64,000 nucleotides of DNA, from assembly GCA_964016885.1 (NCBI GenBank), contig OZ024745.1, forward strand, positions 48,050,001 to 48,114,000. Direction: 5' to 3'. Within the stretch, counting starts at the first letter, position 1. Each line of letters opens with the position of its first letter. A program made the translations under genes and the position numbers. Below the pieces are notes generated by a model. That model made no database searches. It saw nothing but the letters and a program-made list of their open reading frames with translations, and was not told where the DNA came from. Positions 13,596 to 25,914 of this stretch are shown in pieces. This stretch comes from Eledone cirrhosa. Lineage: Eukaryota.

Positions 13596-13649
13596 GTTTT
13601 TAATGAAAGATGTCGAATTGCTTATAAACCACCAAAGCATCTATCATGA
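13596..13649 (+). CDS. MIX23: MIX23/CCDC58 coding exon 5 (terminal)
   Basis: TTTCAG|GTT. VFNERCRIAYKPPKHLS* matches the conserved VFNERCR..F/YKPP end; TGA at 13647-13649. Confidence 0.96.
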   Translation, partial: VFNERCRIAYKPPKHLS

Positions 13650-13786
13650 TAGTTTTCTATTTTCTTTATATTGTAGTTAGAATAAGGTTTTCTGTATAAT
13701 TACATTGGTGTGCATTTGGAGAACTCTTTAATGAAAGTGCGACCACCTAGTAGAATTTGATATGCTTTTTTCTGTTTTGTTTTTGA

Positions 13787-13792
13787 AATAAA
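13787..13792 (+). promoter_or_regulatory. Candidate polyadenylation signal of MIX23
   Basis: First AATAAA after the stop. Further AATAAA near 15055 and 15075, followed by a T-rich tract, could be distal sites. Confidence 0.4.
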
Positions 13793-13959
13793 TGGTAGCT
13801 ATAAAAATATATTTTCAACAAAAATGAGAAAAAAAAACCTAAAAAATGTATTTTTTTTACAAATATATCTTTGATTTTCATACATATATTATATGTAGTT
13901 CATTTTGACTTAAATGTTATATAATTAACCATCATTCAATTGTTATGCTGGCTTAAATA

Positions 13960-14880
13960 TCGTTCTTCTATTGATATAATTAATGTCTTAGTGAATATGT
14001 TCACATTGCTCTTCACTATGTATATTTGACACAGTTTTCTTTAAAAAAGACTATGGAAAGTAATATTTCATATTTATCCTACCTCCAAGCTACTGAAAAC
14101 TATCAATCATGTTCGTCATCTGTAGCTTATACATTTCCAATATGGATTCAAGCAACAAATTTTCAATGCTTACCAGGTTTCTAATGGAACTTTGATACAT
14201 ATGGTGCTCAATTGTCATTTTTTATCAGTTATCTAATTTGTGGTCCAAAAAGTATGTCTGCTGGTAACATTGCATTAGTTACAACTGGAAACTGATGGTA
14301 AAGATATTCGAAAGTTCTTAAGCACTTCTACGAAATCTTTCCTACATCGTAATTTTATGTCTAGTGGTGGTAACATTAAATCTTTTCTCAGTTTACTAGA
14401 ACTGAAATAACAATTAAAAATTCTGCTTAAAATGTCAATTCAAAATGGCCACTTTTTAAAAAAATATATATATATAATGACATGCTCCATCCATAATCTC
14501 CGAGACAATGGGAGTTTGTATAACTAACTTTAAATCTAATTTTATTATTTTTAATGAGGACAAACTAACCAATTGTGCTCATGATAATTTACTGCTATTG
14601 TGTCATGGTGTGTCATGTTATCTTTTGTTAAAGACACTGCTGCATTGATCTGTCCTATATGCATAGAAAGTACATACGGTCCATTGCTTTCATGTTTTTC
14701 TGAAGAATCTGGAAATAATCTCCAGTTATTTGTTGTGTAAGGGATTCCAATTTGTTCAACTTATTCACAGTAAATAAGTTCTCTTTGCTAAAGAGTGTTA
14801 CTAGCTCTTTCTGTAACTATTATGCAGATCTTTGATTCCTTTGAAGGCTGATTTATCTTTTCATTTTAAACTTGATCGTT
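13960..14880 (-). pseudogene. Fossil DNA transposase (probably Chapaev3/CMC-like)
   Basis: Ordered frameshifted motifs IGIPYTTNNWRLFPDSS, LMLPPLDIKL, FEYLYHQFP...FGPQIR and SEEQCEHIH*DI match the WRLFIDSS / LLPPLHIKLG / GPQIR / SDEHGERFHQDI transposase family. The superfamily name is from recall. Confidence 0.65.
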
Positions 14881-16989
14881 AATATATATATATATATATG
14901 TATAATAAAATATTATGTGAAAACATACTATATAAGTCATTTAGATAAATAAGTCAAATTGCCAAAAAATGGATTTTATGATAATTTGAAATTTAAGAAT
15001 GATGCACAAAATTTGAGGCATCATAAATACCATCTTTGAAATCAGAATGCCAACAATAAAAAGACATTTAATTCAATAAAAGTTATCAAATCAATTACAA
15101 TCATTCATCAAATTAAATTTGATTTTCCAAAACATTTTGTTCTTATTTTTTTCCTTTGTTTTTTCTCCCTTCTTATTAATAGAATTAAACTTTTAAGTCC
15201 TGCAACGTTTTCATAATGTTATTTTCACTTTTGAAATTCGTAAGCAAGGTGCTGGCCCCTGGCCCATCTGAGTTGTTAGTGACTTTGAATAAATACAAAT
15301 TTGATCTGTGATGGAACCCCCTCCAACTCATACTAGCTTGAAAGAATGGATAGTGAATAATGCTGATGATGAAATTGGTGTATTCTTTGTTTATGATATG
15401 AAATCTTTTTTTGGTATTATTCGATGGGTTATGTATATGTAAAGTGGTTGGTGATAGGAACTGCATCCAGCCATAAAAAACCTGCCAAGCAAAGTCTGGA
15501 GAATGATTCAACCTTGTCAAAGGCATGACAACCTACCTAATCCTGGTACCATGATAAAATGTACTTGGTAAAGGATAGGATCATATGTTGGGCCTCTGGC
15601 GCATCTGAGAGGTCAGAAACTCTGCTTGAGTACTGACCGATCTCTGACGACTTGTCCAATCCTTTCAAGCAGGGAAAATGAACATTAAACGACGAATATA
15701 TATATAGGTATATATATATATATTTATTTAGGTTTGTTGGTTCACCACTGGATAGAACTGGTGAATCTCGATGTAATATTATGGAGAGCACTTAACGTAA
15801 TGCAACTCACCCGTCTTCGTTTGTGTAGTTGGTGGTGCGAGTACGGAGTTAATTATAAAATAACAGGAGGCTGGACTGGTGTAAATCCTTGTAAGGTTTA
15901 ATATACTATGATCATTTCAATGACCGGGTTCAGTATGAATCCGGTGATATCAGGTATTCAAAATATAACAGGAATATAGCAGATAAAATCCATGGGGTTG
16001 AAAATCAGAGACAAGAGGACGACCGACTATTTAGCAGCTTCTACCTCAGTCGGCCGAATAGGATTTACACCAGTCCAGCCTCGTGTTATTTTATATATAT
16101 ATATATAGGTACACTATCCCTGCATGTCGTAAGAAGAGGCTTGAAGAACTGGTGTCAGGAAGTGCATCTAGCTGTAAAACCATGCCTCAAAAAGTCCGAT
16201 CCAACTTATTCCTGCATAGAAAAGATGTAAAAACGATGATGATATATGATATATAATTGACTACAAGTTTTAGTCAATTATATCATGTGCAGTACTTATT
16301 TCAGATTGGTCTGTATTTGTTGAAATGCTAAGTTTTAGGATATAAATGACTGGTTTGTAGACCAATACTAATGTGCGCATGTAGCAATACAACTCACAAG
16401 AAATCAACAGAATACATCTCAACTGGTCTAAGTGAAGTATATTTCACTAAAAGTTGTCAAATCCTCCTCATCAGCATTATAGAAGAACTGTTTTCCTGTC
16501 TCACATTTATATGTAAAGGGGAGGAAACTCCCTTTTAAAGTTGAGAGTAGGTGGGAGATAATGCTTATAGTTTATTGCAAGCTTAAGAGTCCACAAGGGC
16601 TAGAGGTAATAAGATAGAGGTCTGTAGTTGGGGAGGGGGCGCCTGGTTCTAGTAAGTATAAATTACTTGGGGTCAAGATATGTCTACAGTAAAGAAATTA
16701 AATGGATACAAGAATTTTCTGATACATAATTGTTTCTACTTTTGGCACAAGGCCAGCAATTATCCAGTGCATTACTGGTACTTTATTTTATCGACCCCGT
16801 AAGGATGAAAGGCAAAGTTAACCACGGCGGAATTTTCTGATACATAATACAAAGAAAATATGTTTACTGTTATTTCATGGCTTTCACTTCTCTTTACTAT
16901 AGATATGGGCTGATCAATGCCTTCTGAGTGAAATTGATGAATGAAAACTACTGATCCCAATGTCTGTATATAAACAAGTGTGATTGTCT

Positions 16990-17650
16990 TTGCATTTGAC
17001 TCATTGTAATTTATGCAAAGTTTTGAAAATCTATGTAAATCTTTTCATGATTTATGAAATCTATAGTAATTTATGCTAATTTTTGCAAATTTAGCTAATT
17101 TATGTTAACATTATTTGTAAACGATTATGTACATTTTTGCATATTCATAATAATTTATGGAAAATAATGACTAATTTCAATCATAGGTTAATTTGCGGGA
17201 AATTTAAAGAAAATTTATGCAAATGTTTATGAATATTTTAACGTATGCTAGTTTATGCAAATTTATTCTAGTTTTCGTTAATTTATACTAGATTTTGCAG
17301 AGGTATGTTAATTTAAGCAAATCTAAGAAAATTGATATATATCCAGAATTTTCATGAATTAGTACAAATTTACATATATATAAATGAGAATAGATATTCA
17401 AAAGAATTCGCATATTACAAAATATGTGTAAATTATTTTGAAATCGCAAATTTATTGTCATTTATGAAAATCTATGGAGTTTTTTTTGTAATGTATGGTA
17501 ATCTATGTGAATTCTAAATTATTTTAATATACGCAACTTTTTAAAAGATTTATGCAATTTCTTTGCATTATTTATGCCACTCTATTCTAATTTATGCAAA
17601 TCTAGGCTAATTTGTCGTAATTTATATAAATATTTGTTTATATTAATATA
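16990..17650. repeat. Degenerate AT-rich short-period repeat (AATTTATGC(A/T)AA-like)
   Basis: Recurrent TTTATGCAAA/TTATGCTAA words; the same texture resumes at 21190-21970. Confidence 0.55.
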
Positions 17651-18443
17651 TATATATTGTTATACTTGGGGAGGGTCATATTTGTGTAATAATATTGCCA
17701 GAATTAATAACAGAACACACTGTTTGGTTGGTTTTCGCTTCTGTATCTTTTATATCAGTTAATTTAATTTATTCGGTCCTCAATGTTGCCATTGACTGAC
17801 CAACGGTCAAAAATACAGATACAATATAGACACAAACACATATATATAGTCTATCAAAGTTCTTTCGTTGCACATCTGCAACATCGTCAGTGTTGCTATT
17901 ATGTTTCCTCCCGTTGCATTGTATGCTTACGCCATCTTTATTTAGTCTGTTTATTTATATATTTATAAATATATGGTGGTAGTACTAATATTCACACTCG
18001 ATGCACAGGCAGAGAGGAGATAATTGATGAGAAAAACGATGAAGTTTCGTTTATATCTACTTATGTTTTTTTGCGTACCATCCTGTTACGCGCGTTCCGC
18101 AGAGGATTGGCTCAAGGTCACTCATGGAGGTTATAAACCCGACTCCAGTATTGATCTGCGAGTCAGACTGGTGATTCAACAAAAACACTTAGTTTTTTAA
18201 AATATAAACAAAACTTCATCGTTTTTCTTCTTATATATATATATATATATATATAGGAACATTTTCAAGACCCCGACGACAGAGCTCAAGCAGTTTCGAC
18301 GGCTATTTCTGGACTAATAGCCGTCGAAACGGCTTGAGCTCTGCCGTCGGGGTCTTGAAAATTTTCTTATTACCCACAGTATTGAGTACTCTGGTGCGTA
18401 TTGAGTACTCTGGTCCATCTGGTTCTTTACCACACTTCCTTCG

Positions 18444-18483
<40 letters not shown>

Positions 18484-18506
18484 GGTTCCTTACCACACTT
18501 CCTTCG

Positions 18507-18566
<60 letters not shown>

Positions 18567-18569
18567 GGA

Positions 18570-18899
18570 AAAATGAAACGAAATTTCATTTCTCACTCTT
18601 CGTACGGCTGTTACTTAAATATAAGTATGTATACATACATACATATATGTATACAGACATACAGTAGTATGCATATATATATACATACATGCACACACAT
18701 ATATATATATGTACGTATGGTTTTACCGAGCATTTATTATAATGCTCGGTTTGTTTGTAAACAAACATCCCGTATTAAGCCGTACAGTGTTTAGCAACCA
18801 TCGTTGCCCCTTTGTTCAACACTGACAAAGGAACGATGTACTAGTTTCAAGCTTATTAGCTATCGTCAGCACCGTATACCTTCCTGCCAGATGATAGAA

Positions 18900-18903
<4 letters not shown>
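18570..18903. repeat. Dispersed repeat (likely PLE pseudo-LTR fragment) flanked by (TA)n
   Basis: Near-identical sequence at 29485-29767 and 29860-30063. Confidence 0.7.
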
Positions 18904-18956
<53 letters not shown>

Positions 18957-19550
18957 CGAAGGAAGTGTGGTAAGGAACCTAGATGGACCCACAGGTCCAT
19001 CGCTCCAGTTATCCACCCTGCCACAATCAGAATCTCCAACATCCGGTCTTACAGTCCGTGGAAAAACTCCAGGAACATACACACAGACAAACACTTACAC
19101 TATTTTCGCACCACGCAACCATACATCCACACCACATATAAACACACACACACGTGCGTATCCTCACATACACACACTCAGCCTCCGGACTCCACATGCC
19201 CCCTCTCCCCCACCCCCTCTCCATCAACACGCACGCACACACACACCGACTTACACCCCACCCCATGTACACACCGGTTTCCCTATTACCCGAACATGGA
19301 ACCTCGTTCTTCCCCAATTCTCACATCCACACACACACACCTACACCTACACACACACCACCTTCAGCCCTCCCACTCGGACGCCCCCGTCTCCCTCTCC
19401 GCTCTCCACCCACCACCACGCCTCACACCCTTTCACCACTTGTTTCTTTTTATTATTATTTTTTTTTCTCTCTACCCCCCCCCCCCTTTTTTTAAAATGT
19501 CTTTCCACCACTCCCCCACACACCCTCGGAACTCTCTTCCTTGCTCACCT

Positions 19551-19583
19551 TTCTCCTGATGAAGGGCTTATGCCCGAAACGTC
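19551..19583 (+). ncRNA. Partial minimal hammerhead ribozyme motif
   Basis: CTGATGA-AGGGC-TTAT-GCCC-GAAAC-GTC; the 3' strand of stem I is missing. Confidence 0.55.
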
Positions 19584-19692
19584 CCCCCGCACCCCCCACT
19601 CTCAAGCGTGAAACTAACATTAACATTTGTACTGCCTCTTCGCTTCCACGTTTCTTTTTGTTTTTTGTTTTCTGTTTAATGTCTCAACTTTA

Positions 19693-19821
<129 letters not shown>

Positions 19822-19959
19822 CAGAAGGGATATTCAATTTGTTGGTAATTCAACAAATATAAATGTTTATAACTGATTCAGAGCACTCGACAGATTTTCT
19901 GGAGTATAATACACAATGATATTAAATAAATGGAAACTATATTTATAAAACCATATTTA

Positions 19960-20016
19960 TTCTATTATATATATTTCAAGGGTACCAACATTTTGGTACG
20001 CTATCATCAGATAAAA
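19960..20016 (-). ncRNA. Type I minimal hammerhead ribozyme
   Basis: TTTTAT-CTGATGA-[TAGCGTACCAA AATG TTGGTACCCTT]-GAAA-TATATA-TA-ATAGAA: intact core, stem II, palindromic stem III and stem I. Confidence 0.7.
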
Positions 20017-20199
20017 TACGAAGTGTGTTTTATAAATTTTGACATAACCAAGGAGAATATACCTTAACGGTTCAAGTTTTCCTTTGATAGCGTACCAAAA
20101 TTTTGGTACCCTTGAAATATATATAATAGAATAAATATGGTTTTATAAATATAGTTTCCATTTATTTAATATCATTGTGTATATATATATATCTTCTTC

Positions 20200-20690
20200 A
20201 GCCGAGTTTACACTCACAAAGATTCAGCAGGCTATCTCCAATCGTCCTGGTTGACCATGGCATTTCTCAGTTCATCGATGTTATCAATGTTGGCATCTTT
20301 CAGCAGGGTATCAATGAATGAGACGGCCTGTCTTCCCACGCTTCTTCGTCCGACCACCAGTTTCCAGAGCACAAGTTGTGATGCTATCTCTTCTGGATGA
20401 CGGATGCAGTGCCCAGCCAGTTTCATTCGTGTGCAGGCAACTTTTTTTTTAGACTGGTGGTAGTGATCTGTATAGTTCCTTATTTGTCAGCTTCTGTTTC
20501 CAAGAAATGTTGAGAGCCATTGTCAACATTGTCGTGTAACATCCATCAAGTCTCTTGCATAGCACTTTGTCAACAGTCCAGGTTTCACTGCCGTAAGGTA
20601 GGACGGATTCAACAGTTGCAGAAGCAGAGGTGCTCATTGATTTTGCGGTTTAGGTCGGACATCCACACCTTAAGTAGATTGGGTCATGCC
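20200..20690 (-). mobile_element. RTE LINE 3' fragment
   Basis: ATVESVLPYGSETWT...LDGCYTTML..ALNISW and LAGHCIRHPEEIASQLVLW. Confidence 0.8.
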
Positions 20691-20709
20691 GACCATATAT
20701 ATATATATA

Positions 20710-21186
20710 TGTAACGAAGAGTATTAGTAGTGTTTGTTACCAATGTAACGAAAGGTATTAGTGGTTGTTGTTAGATGAATAACAAGAATAGCTGATTTAC
20801 TTTATATATAAAAAGGTTTACTTCACTTCAGTCAAAAAGAACAATAAACGAGTTGCGAAGGTTGACGATGTTATTTTGTTGCTGGTTCATGAGGCTGGTG
20901 TAGTCTGAGACCATAGTGAGAGAGAGAGTAATGTTCTGTAGTTGTCTGTAGACCTCAGATGCCTGTAGATAGCGGTGAATCTTTACATAGTTTGTCTATA
21001 AAGTACGGCTCCGATCTCTCTGTGTAAAACGTGGGAAAATATAGGCTTTATATACCTGTCGCTTTCTGTCTCCCTGCCTCGAGGGATCACCCACGCATGA
21101 ACCTGTCCACACTGAAAAGGATGGTGACCTAGAATGTGCCTTTTAGGTGTCACTTAGGGTTCAAGGCGTGGACAGATTTCGCTACA
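20710..21186. mobile_element. Probable solo LTR inserted in (TA)n
   Basis: Termini TGTAACGAA...TTCGCTACA (TG..CA with a short inverted repeat), with TATA on both flanks. Confidence 0.6.
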
Positions 21187-21189
21187 TAT

Positions 21190-21970
21190 ATTATAAAGAT
21201 ATTAATTTATTTTAATTTTGCACATTTGTTTATTTATAAAAGATTATGCCCATGTTTAGTAATTTATGCAATATCATTAAAAATGATGCTAATTTATTTA
21301 CTTTTATTTAAATTTATACTAAATTCGGCAAATTCTAAATTATTCTAATATATATAAATTTAAGAAAAATTATGCAAAATCGCTTAATAATTTATGCTAA
21401 TTTTTTAACCTATGAAAATATATGCACATTTTAGAAATATGCCAATTTATGTTATTTTTTGCAAATGTATGCAAATTTTAATTCATGTGAATTAAAATAT
21501 ATAATAGATTATGCATATTTGTTGCAAATTTATGATAATTTGCGCAAACTACTTTAAATCTATGCTAAAATTTGCAAACTCTAATAAAATTTACGTAAAT
21601 ATCCATAATTTATATTAAATTACGTAAATTTATGGAAATTTATACTGGTCTTTGCTAGATCATACAAATATATTTAGATTAATGATATTTTTCATAATTT
21701 ATGTTAATTTATGGTTATTTATGTAATTTTAAGCTGATTCATGATAATCCTTGCACATTCATGAAAGTAATTTCTTGCATTATTTTTTAAATGTATGTTT
21801 ATTTATGCTAATTTAAGTAGATTTATGCTAACTTATACAAAATTGTTTTTATTAAATGTACGAATATTTTCTTATTTATCCTAATATAGATAAACGTATG
21901 ACATTTAATCATAATTTCAGTAAATTTATTGTCATTTATGAAAATTTATGCTAATTTATGCAAATTTATA
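21190..21970. repeat. Degenerate AT-rich short-period repeat, continuation of 16990-17650
   Basis: Same TTTATGCAAA/TTTATGCTAA units. Confidence 0.55.
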
Positions 21971-22059
21971 CAGCGTAATGAATGCATCACAAACTTTCCA
22001 ATTGATAAACCGGAAATGGGACAAACATATTCAACTTCACCAGACATCTATGGAACAAT

Positions 22060-22460
22060 CTAACCAATATAAAACTGGACAGAAGTCGTATTATTATAAA
22101 AGAAACCGTTAAAGGAAGCTGTTATTATGGACTTAAAAAACTACTCATTGTATAAAGTATGCTACGGGACTGCACAGTATGAAGAAATCAAAGATTACAA
22201 ACTTTGTAAAGTGATACAACTGACTGACTGTTTTACTACACCCATACCGAAACTGTCCAGCAGATAAAGAATTAGATTATCTTGCCAATTTTAGATATAA
22301 AACAAGTAACTTCTATGGACTACTTAAATACACTTCTTACTCAATTACCAACACGAGCGCTAATTATATGCAAATTAGTTTGTCCATTTTAGAATAATAC
22401 TATACTAAGAGCGAATGGATATACTACACCCAAAAAATCGATAAAAGATGTTTTTCTGGC
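22060..22460 (+). mobile_element. Highly degenerate Penelope-like RT fragment
   Basis: IIIKETVKG..AVIMD resembles the PLE IIIKPADKG.AVVIMD motif; a later Y..PK-like motif follows. Confidence 0.4.
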
Positions 22461-22650
22461 ATATTTACATATATATGTGTATATATTTATATATTTATAT
22501 ATGTGTATATATATTTAGTAATAAGTATTTTGGTTGTAATGGTAGCAGAAAGGCGTTCAAGAGAGGTTCGCAACGGTACAATTCATAAAGGTAGCAATTC
22601 GTTGTTGGACTGGTATGTTAGTAGTGATTACTACTTCAGGAAAACAGATG

Positions 22651-22839
22651 TAATAATTGTTTCTACTTTTGGCACAAGGCCAGCAATTGTTCCAGTGTAT
22701 TATTGGTACTTTATTTTATCGACCCCGTAAGGATGAAAGGCAAAGTTAACCTCGGCGGGATTTGAACTCAGATCGTAAAGGGACGTAACTATCCTGAAAA
22801 GCATGGCGTCCGACCCTCTACCGATACTGTCAATCCACC
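22651..22839 (-). mobile_element. tRNA-derived SINE (young family)
   Basis: Reverse complement of the copy at 47702-47892 (A box TGGCAGTATCGG, B box GTTCAAATCC). Partial copies occur at about 11725-11835, 16728-16835 and 42980-43022. Confidence 0.85.
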
Positions 22840-24676
22840 AATTTACAATATTACAGAGATGTAATAATGATGTTCATATTCCATGGTAGCGGACAAGATC
22901 AGAAAGCATATTTTAAAACATAAAGATTTATTTTTGCTTGACGTGAACGCATGTACAAAGGGTGTGAAGTGGTACAGTGATTTTGTGTAACAAAGCTGAC
23001 ATGTAATGGCAAATCTCTTAACGGCAAGTACTTTGGAACCAAGTTGTCGGTTACGGTAAATCTCCTAAAAGCCGTATAATGGAACTACTCTCATTGTAAG
23101 AGAGAGCAAAGTCACAGGAGTAGGGAAGCCATTACGAGCTGCTAGTCGACGTCACCAAAACGCAACTGATGGGTAGTTTTGAAAGATGGTGCATCGACGG
23201 GGAAAGCCATCTGTGAGGGGCTGGTGTCGACGAAATGCAAAGCGCAACTACTAGGTAGAACTGAAAAAAGGCGCGAAGCAACTGCTTTTTCTGCACTGCA
23301 AAACATATTAAAATATATTCACTTTTGCACGGGAGGGAATTTAAAACTGTACCTTGTCTGAATAGTTGACCACAACACAATGAAGTCTACTTGCACAATT
23401 TTGTAAGGAACAAAGGCAATCCTTTTGTGAAAGCTATTGAGATCAAACAGGTTATTAATTTGTTCTGTATCAGAATAAAACCACCAGATGGTAAAGTTGG
23501 TACAATATCAGCAAACTCCTTTGCACCAGGTCATGGAAAAGACTTAACTATTTCTTCCAATCAGGAAACCGAGTCTATGAAAGAAGTTTCTAGATCTAAT
23601 CAAGAACTACTGAATGTAGCCAACGATTTATCATCTCCAGCAACTGAAGAAAACAATACACCCTCATCTGAGTAATGAACTATTATCCCAAGTTTCTAAA
23701 AAGTACAAATGATCTTTGAACGAATTACTATCACTGGCTTTCTGAAGAATATAGAAGACTTAAAGCCATTTTAATGATACGACGGTAGAATGTGATTGGA
23801 GACAAGGCTAAATTAACCATTAAGCAAAATAAGCACATGCTTGGACATCACGGGAAGAGGGGTAGCATTTTATTCCAACTAAATATAATTGTCATTTAAA
23901 AACTAAACTTTATATAGGGCGGCGGAGGCACTATAATCTGGTAAATGCTTAGGGCCTCACAATGATTTCATCCGGTTCTGATTGGAAAGGAATGTTATGA
24001 TAAATTAATATTAGGCTAAATTACTAAATTTCTCGACAATGACTCGCAGGTGGGGGATAGCGATACGGCCACAAGATCTGATGGTTAGTTGCGATATAAG
24101 CGGGCTCCTGTTGGACGAATAAGCAAACCCGGACCCCAAACGGTAAACTACTAAGGGAGATGGAGCAATGGGTGACGCTGTTAGCTTCTAGGAAAACTCT
24201 CACAACCCAGCGTTGTAGGTACGAGGCGTATAAACGCCGTCCCTAAAAAAAGTCTAGTTTTCACGAGTCTGAGAAAAGTACCAAATTTGTGACTGGCTCG
24301 AATGAGACCTCCAAAAAAAACTCTGCAAATGGCTAGAAACAGTACCGTTAGGTATATAAATGGATATCTTCAAATTCTTGATTATTTTCAAAATTATTTC
24401 GAAATTATGGATAGTATCTTGCATTAAAAATTTGTTACAGCATTTATGTAAAAAGCATATACAGGTTTGAAAAACTTACATTTATTCAAATCTGAAATAT
24501 TTTCTTCATTGAATAACCTGATGACTGGATTTAAATAAAATCCCAATGAAGACATCCATAGAGCTGAGATCATTTTCACACATAGACACACACATATGAA
24601 TATATATATATATATATATCGTTTCTGAATTTGTTTAGCAAGATTCTTTATTGGCAACATGACCCTCCCAAAGTAT

Positions 24677-24722
<46 letters not shown>

Positions 24723-24829
24723 ATAATAATAAATTTGAAGACTAAAATCCAAAGAGGGCTCGATAAGGATAAATATATATCAAATATATAAGAACCATAG
24801 AGCAAATATTTATTAAAATAACAGATTAA

Positions 24830-24880
24830 AGTTTAAGCAAAGAATCGCTGCTTTCACCCTTAGCGGGATCTTCTGAAACT
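24830..24880 (-). ncRNA. Hammerhead ribozyme motif with CAGAAGA core variant (PLE pLTR)
   Basis: AGTTT-CAGAAGA-TCCC GCTAA GGGT-GAAA-GCA GCGATTCTT TGC-TT-AAACT; all three stems are present. Confidence 0.6.
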
Positions 24881-24959
24881 AACAAAGTCAATCTGTGAAC
24901 GCAGAAGTGAATATTTAAAAAAACGTTGCAACCAGAGGAAGACAGGAAGACGATACTTT

Positions 24960-25236
24960 GGTTCGTGGAAACGTTCCCTGGCAAAGAACGGGAAAAAACG
25001 AATATAATACGTCATTATTTGGAGCGGTGAAAAACAATTACACGCAAAGACAAAACCACGTTTATGGTATAAAAGAAGTCGTAGACTAGTATTCTATTAG
25101 GTGGTTCATAGAGACGTTCTCTGGCAATGAACGGAAAAAACGAAGATAATACGTCATATGTGGAGCGAGGAGAACAATTGCACGCAAAGACAAAACCACG
25201 TAAATGGTATAACTGAAGTCGTAAACTAAAATTCTA
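24960..25236. repeat. Two-copy tandem repeat (about 143-bp offset) in the PLE 3' region
   Basis: GGTTC..ACGTT..CTGGCAA..AACGG...CACGCAAAGACAAAACCACG...GAAGTCGTA occurs twice. Confidence 0.75.
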
Positions 25237-25505
25237 ACTAGGAAACCGAATGATTCTCGGCTTCAGAGTTAAGAATAAAGTAAATAAATTACAGAGGTAA
25301 TTGAAATCAAATAAATACATACACGCATCCATATACGTACATACACAAGCATACGCGAAAACACTCGCCATAGGTATACAAATACACGCACGTACACAAA
25401 AAAACCCACAAAAGCCCGCACGCACATACAGAACACACGCAACGCCTGTACCCGCACGCATACGAATGTATACACCAAATACGCATAAAAATATATATAT
25501 AAAAA

Positions 25506-25536
<31 letters not shown>

Positions 25537-25914
25537 CGTGTATACATATAATTAAATAAACGTATATAAATAAATAAATACGTATATAACAAGCGCACAC
25601 ACATACCTACATGTAAATACACATATGTTCGGAGACGTACGTCAACCAAAACACAAAGTACACATATACACACACCCATCCGTACGAACTCGCATACTCA
25701 CACAGACGCAAAACTCACGTATACACATAACCAAAAGCATATGTACCGGAATATATAATATATACGCCATAACATATACAATCAAATATACGTACGAGAA
25801 AGTATATGTACCTTCACAAAACATACAGGTAATATATACTTACCTATAATGGTATAAACATAACATATACTTAGCTATCACATCAAGACGTAAAATATCC
25901 GCGTATAGTTCGTA

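Noticed and set aside
14275-14815. Apparent two-exon convergent gene (GTATGT donor near 14677, TTTCAG acceptor near 14402)
   Set aside because: The peptides are pieces of a frameshifted transposase fossil; the motifs continue in other frames with stops.
18967-19611. 214-aa His/Thr/Pro-rich ORF
   Set aside because: It is the translation of a C/A-rich low-complexity tract leading to a hammerhead motif, probably a PLE 3' UTR.
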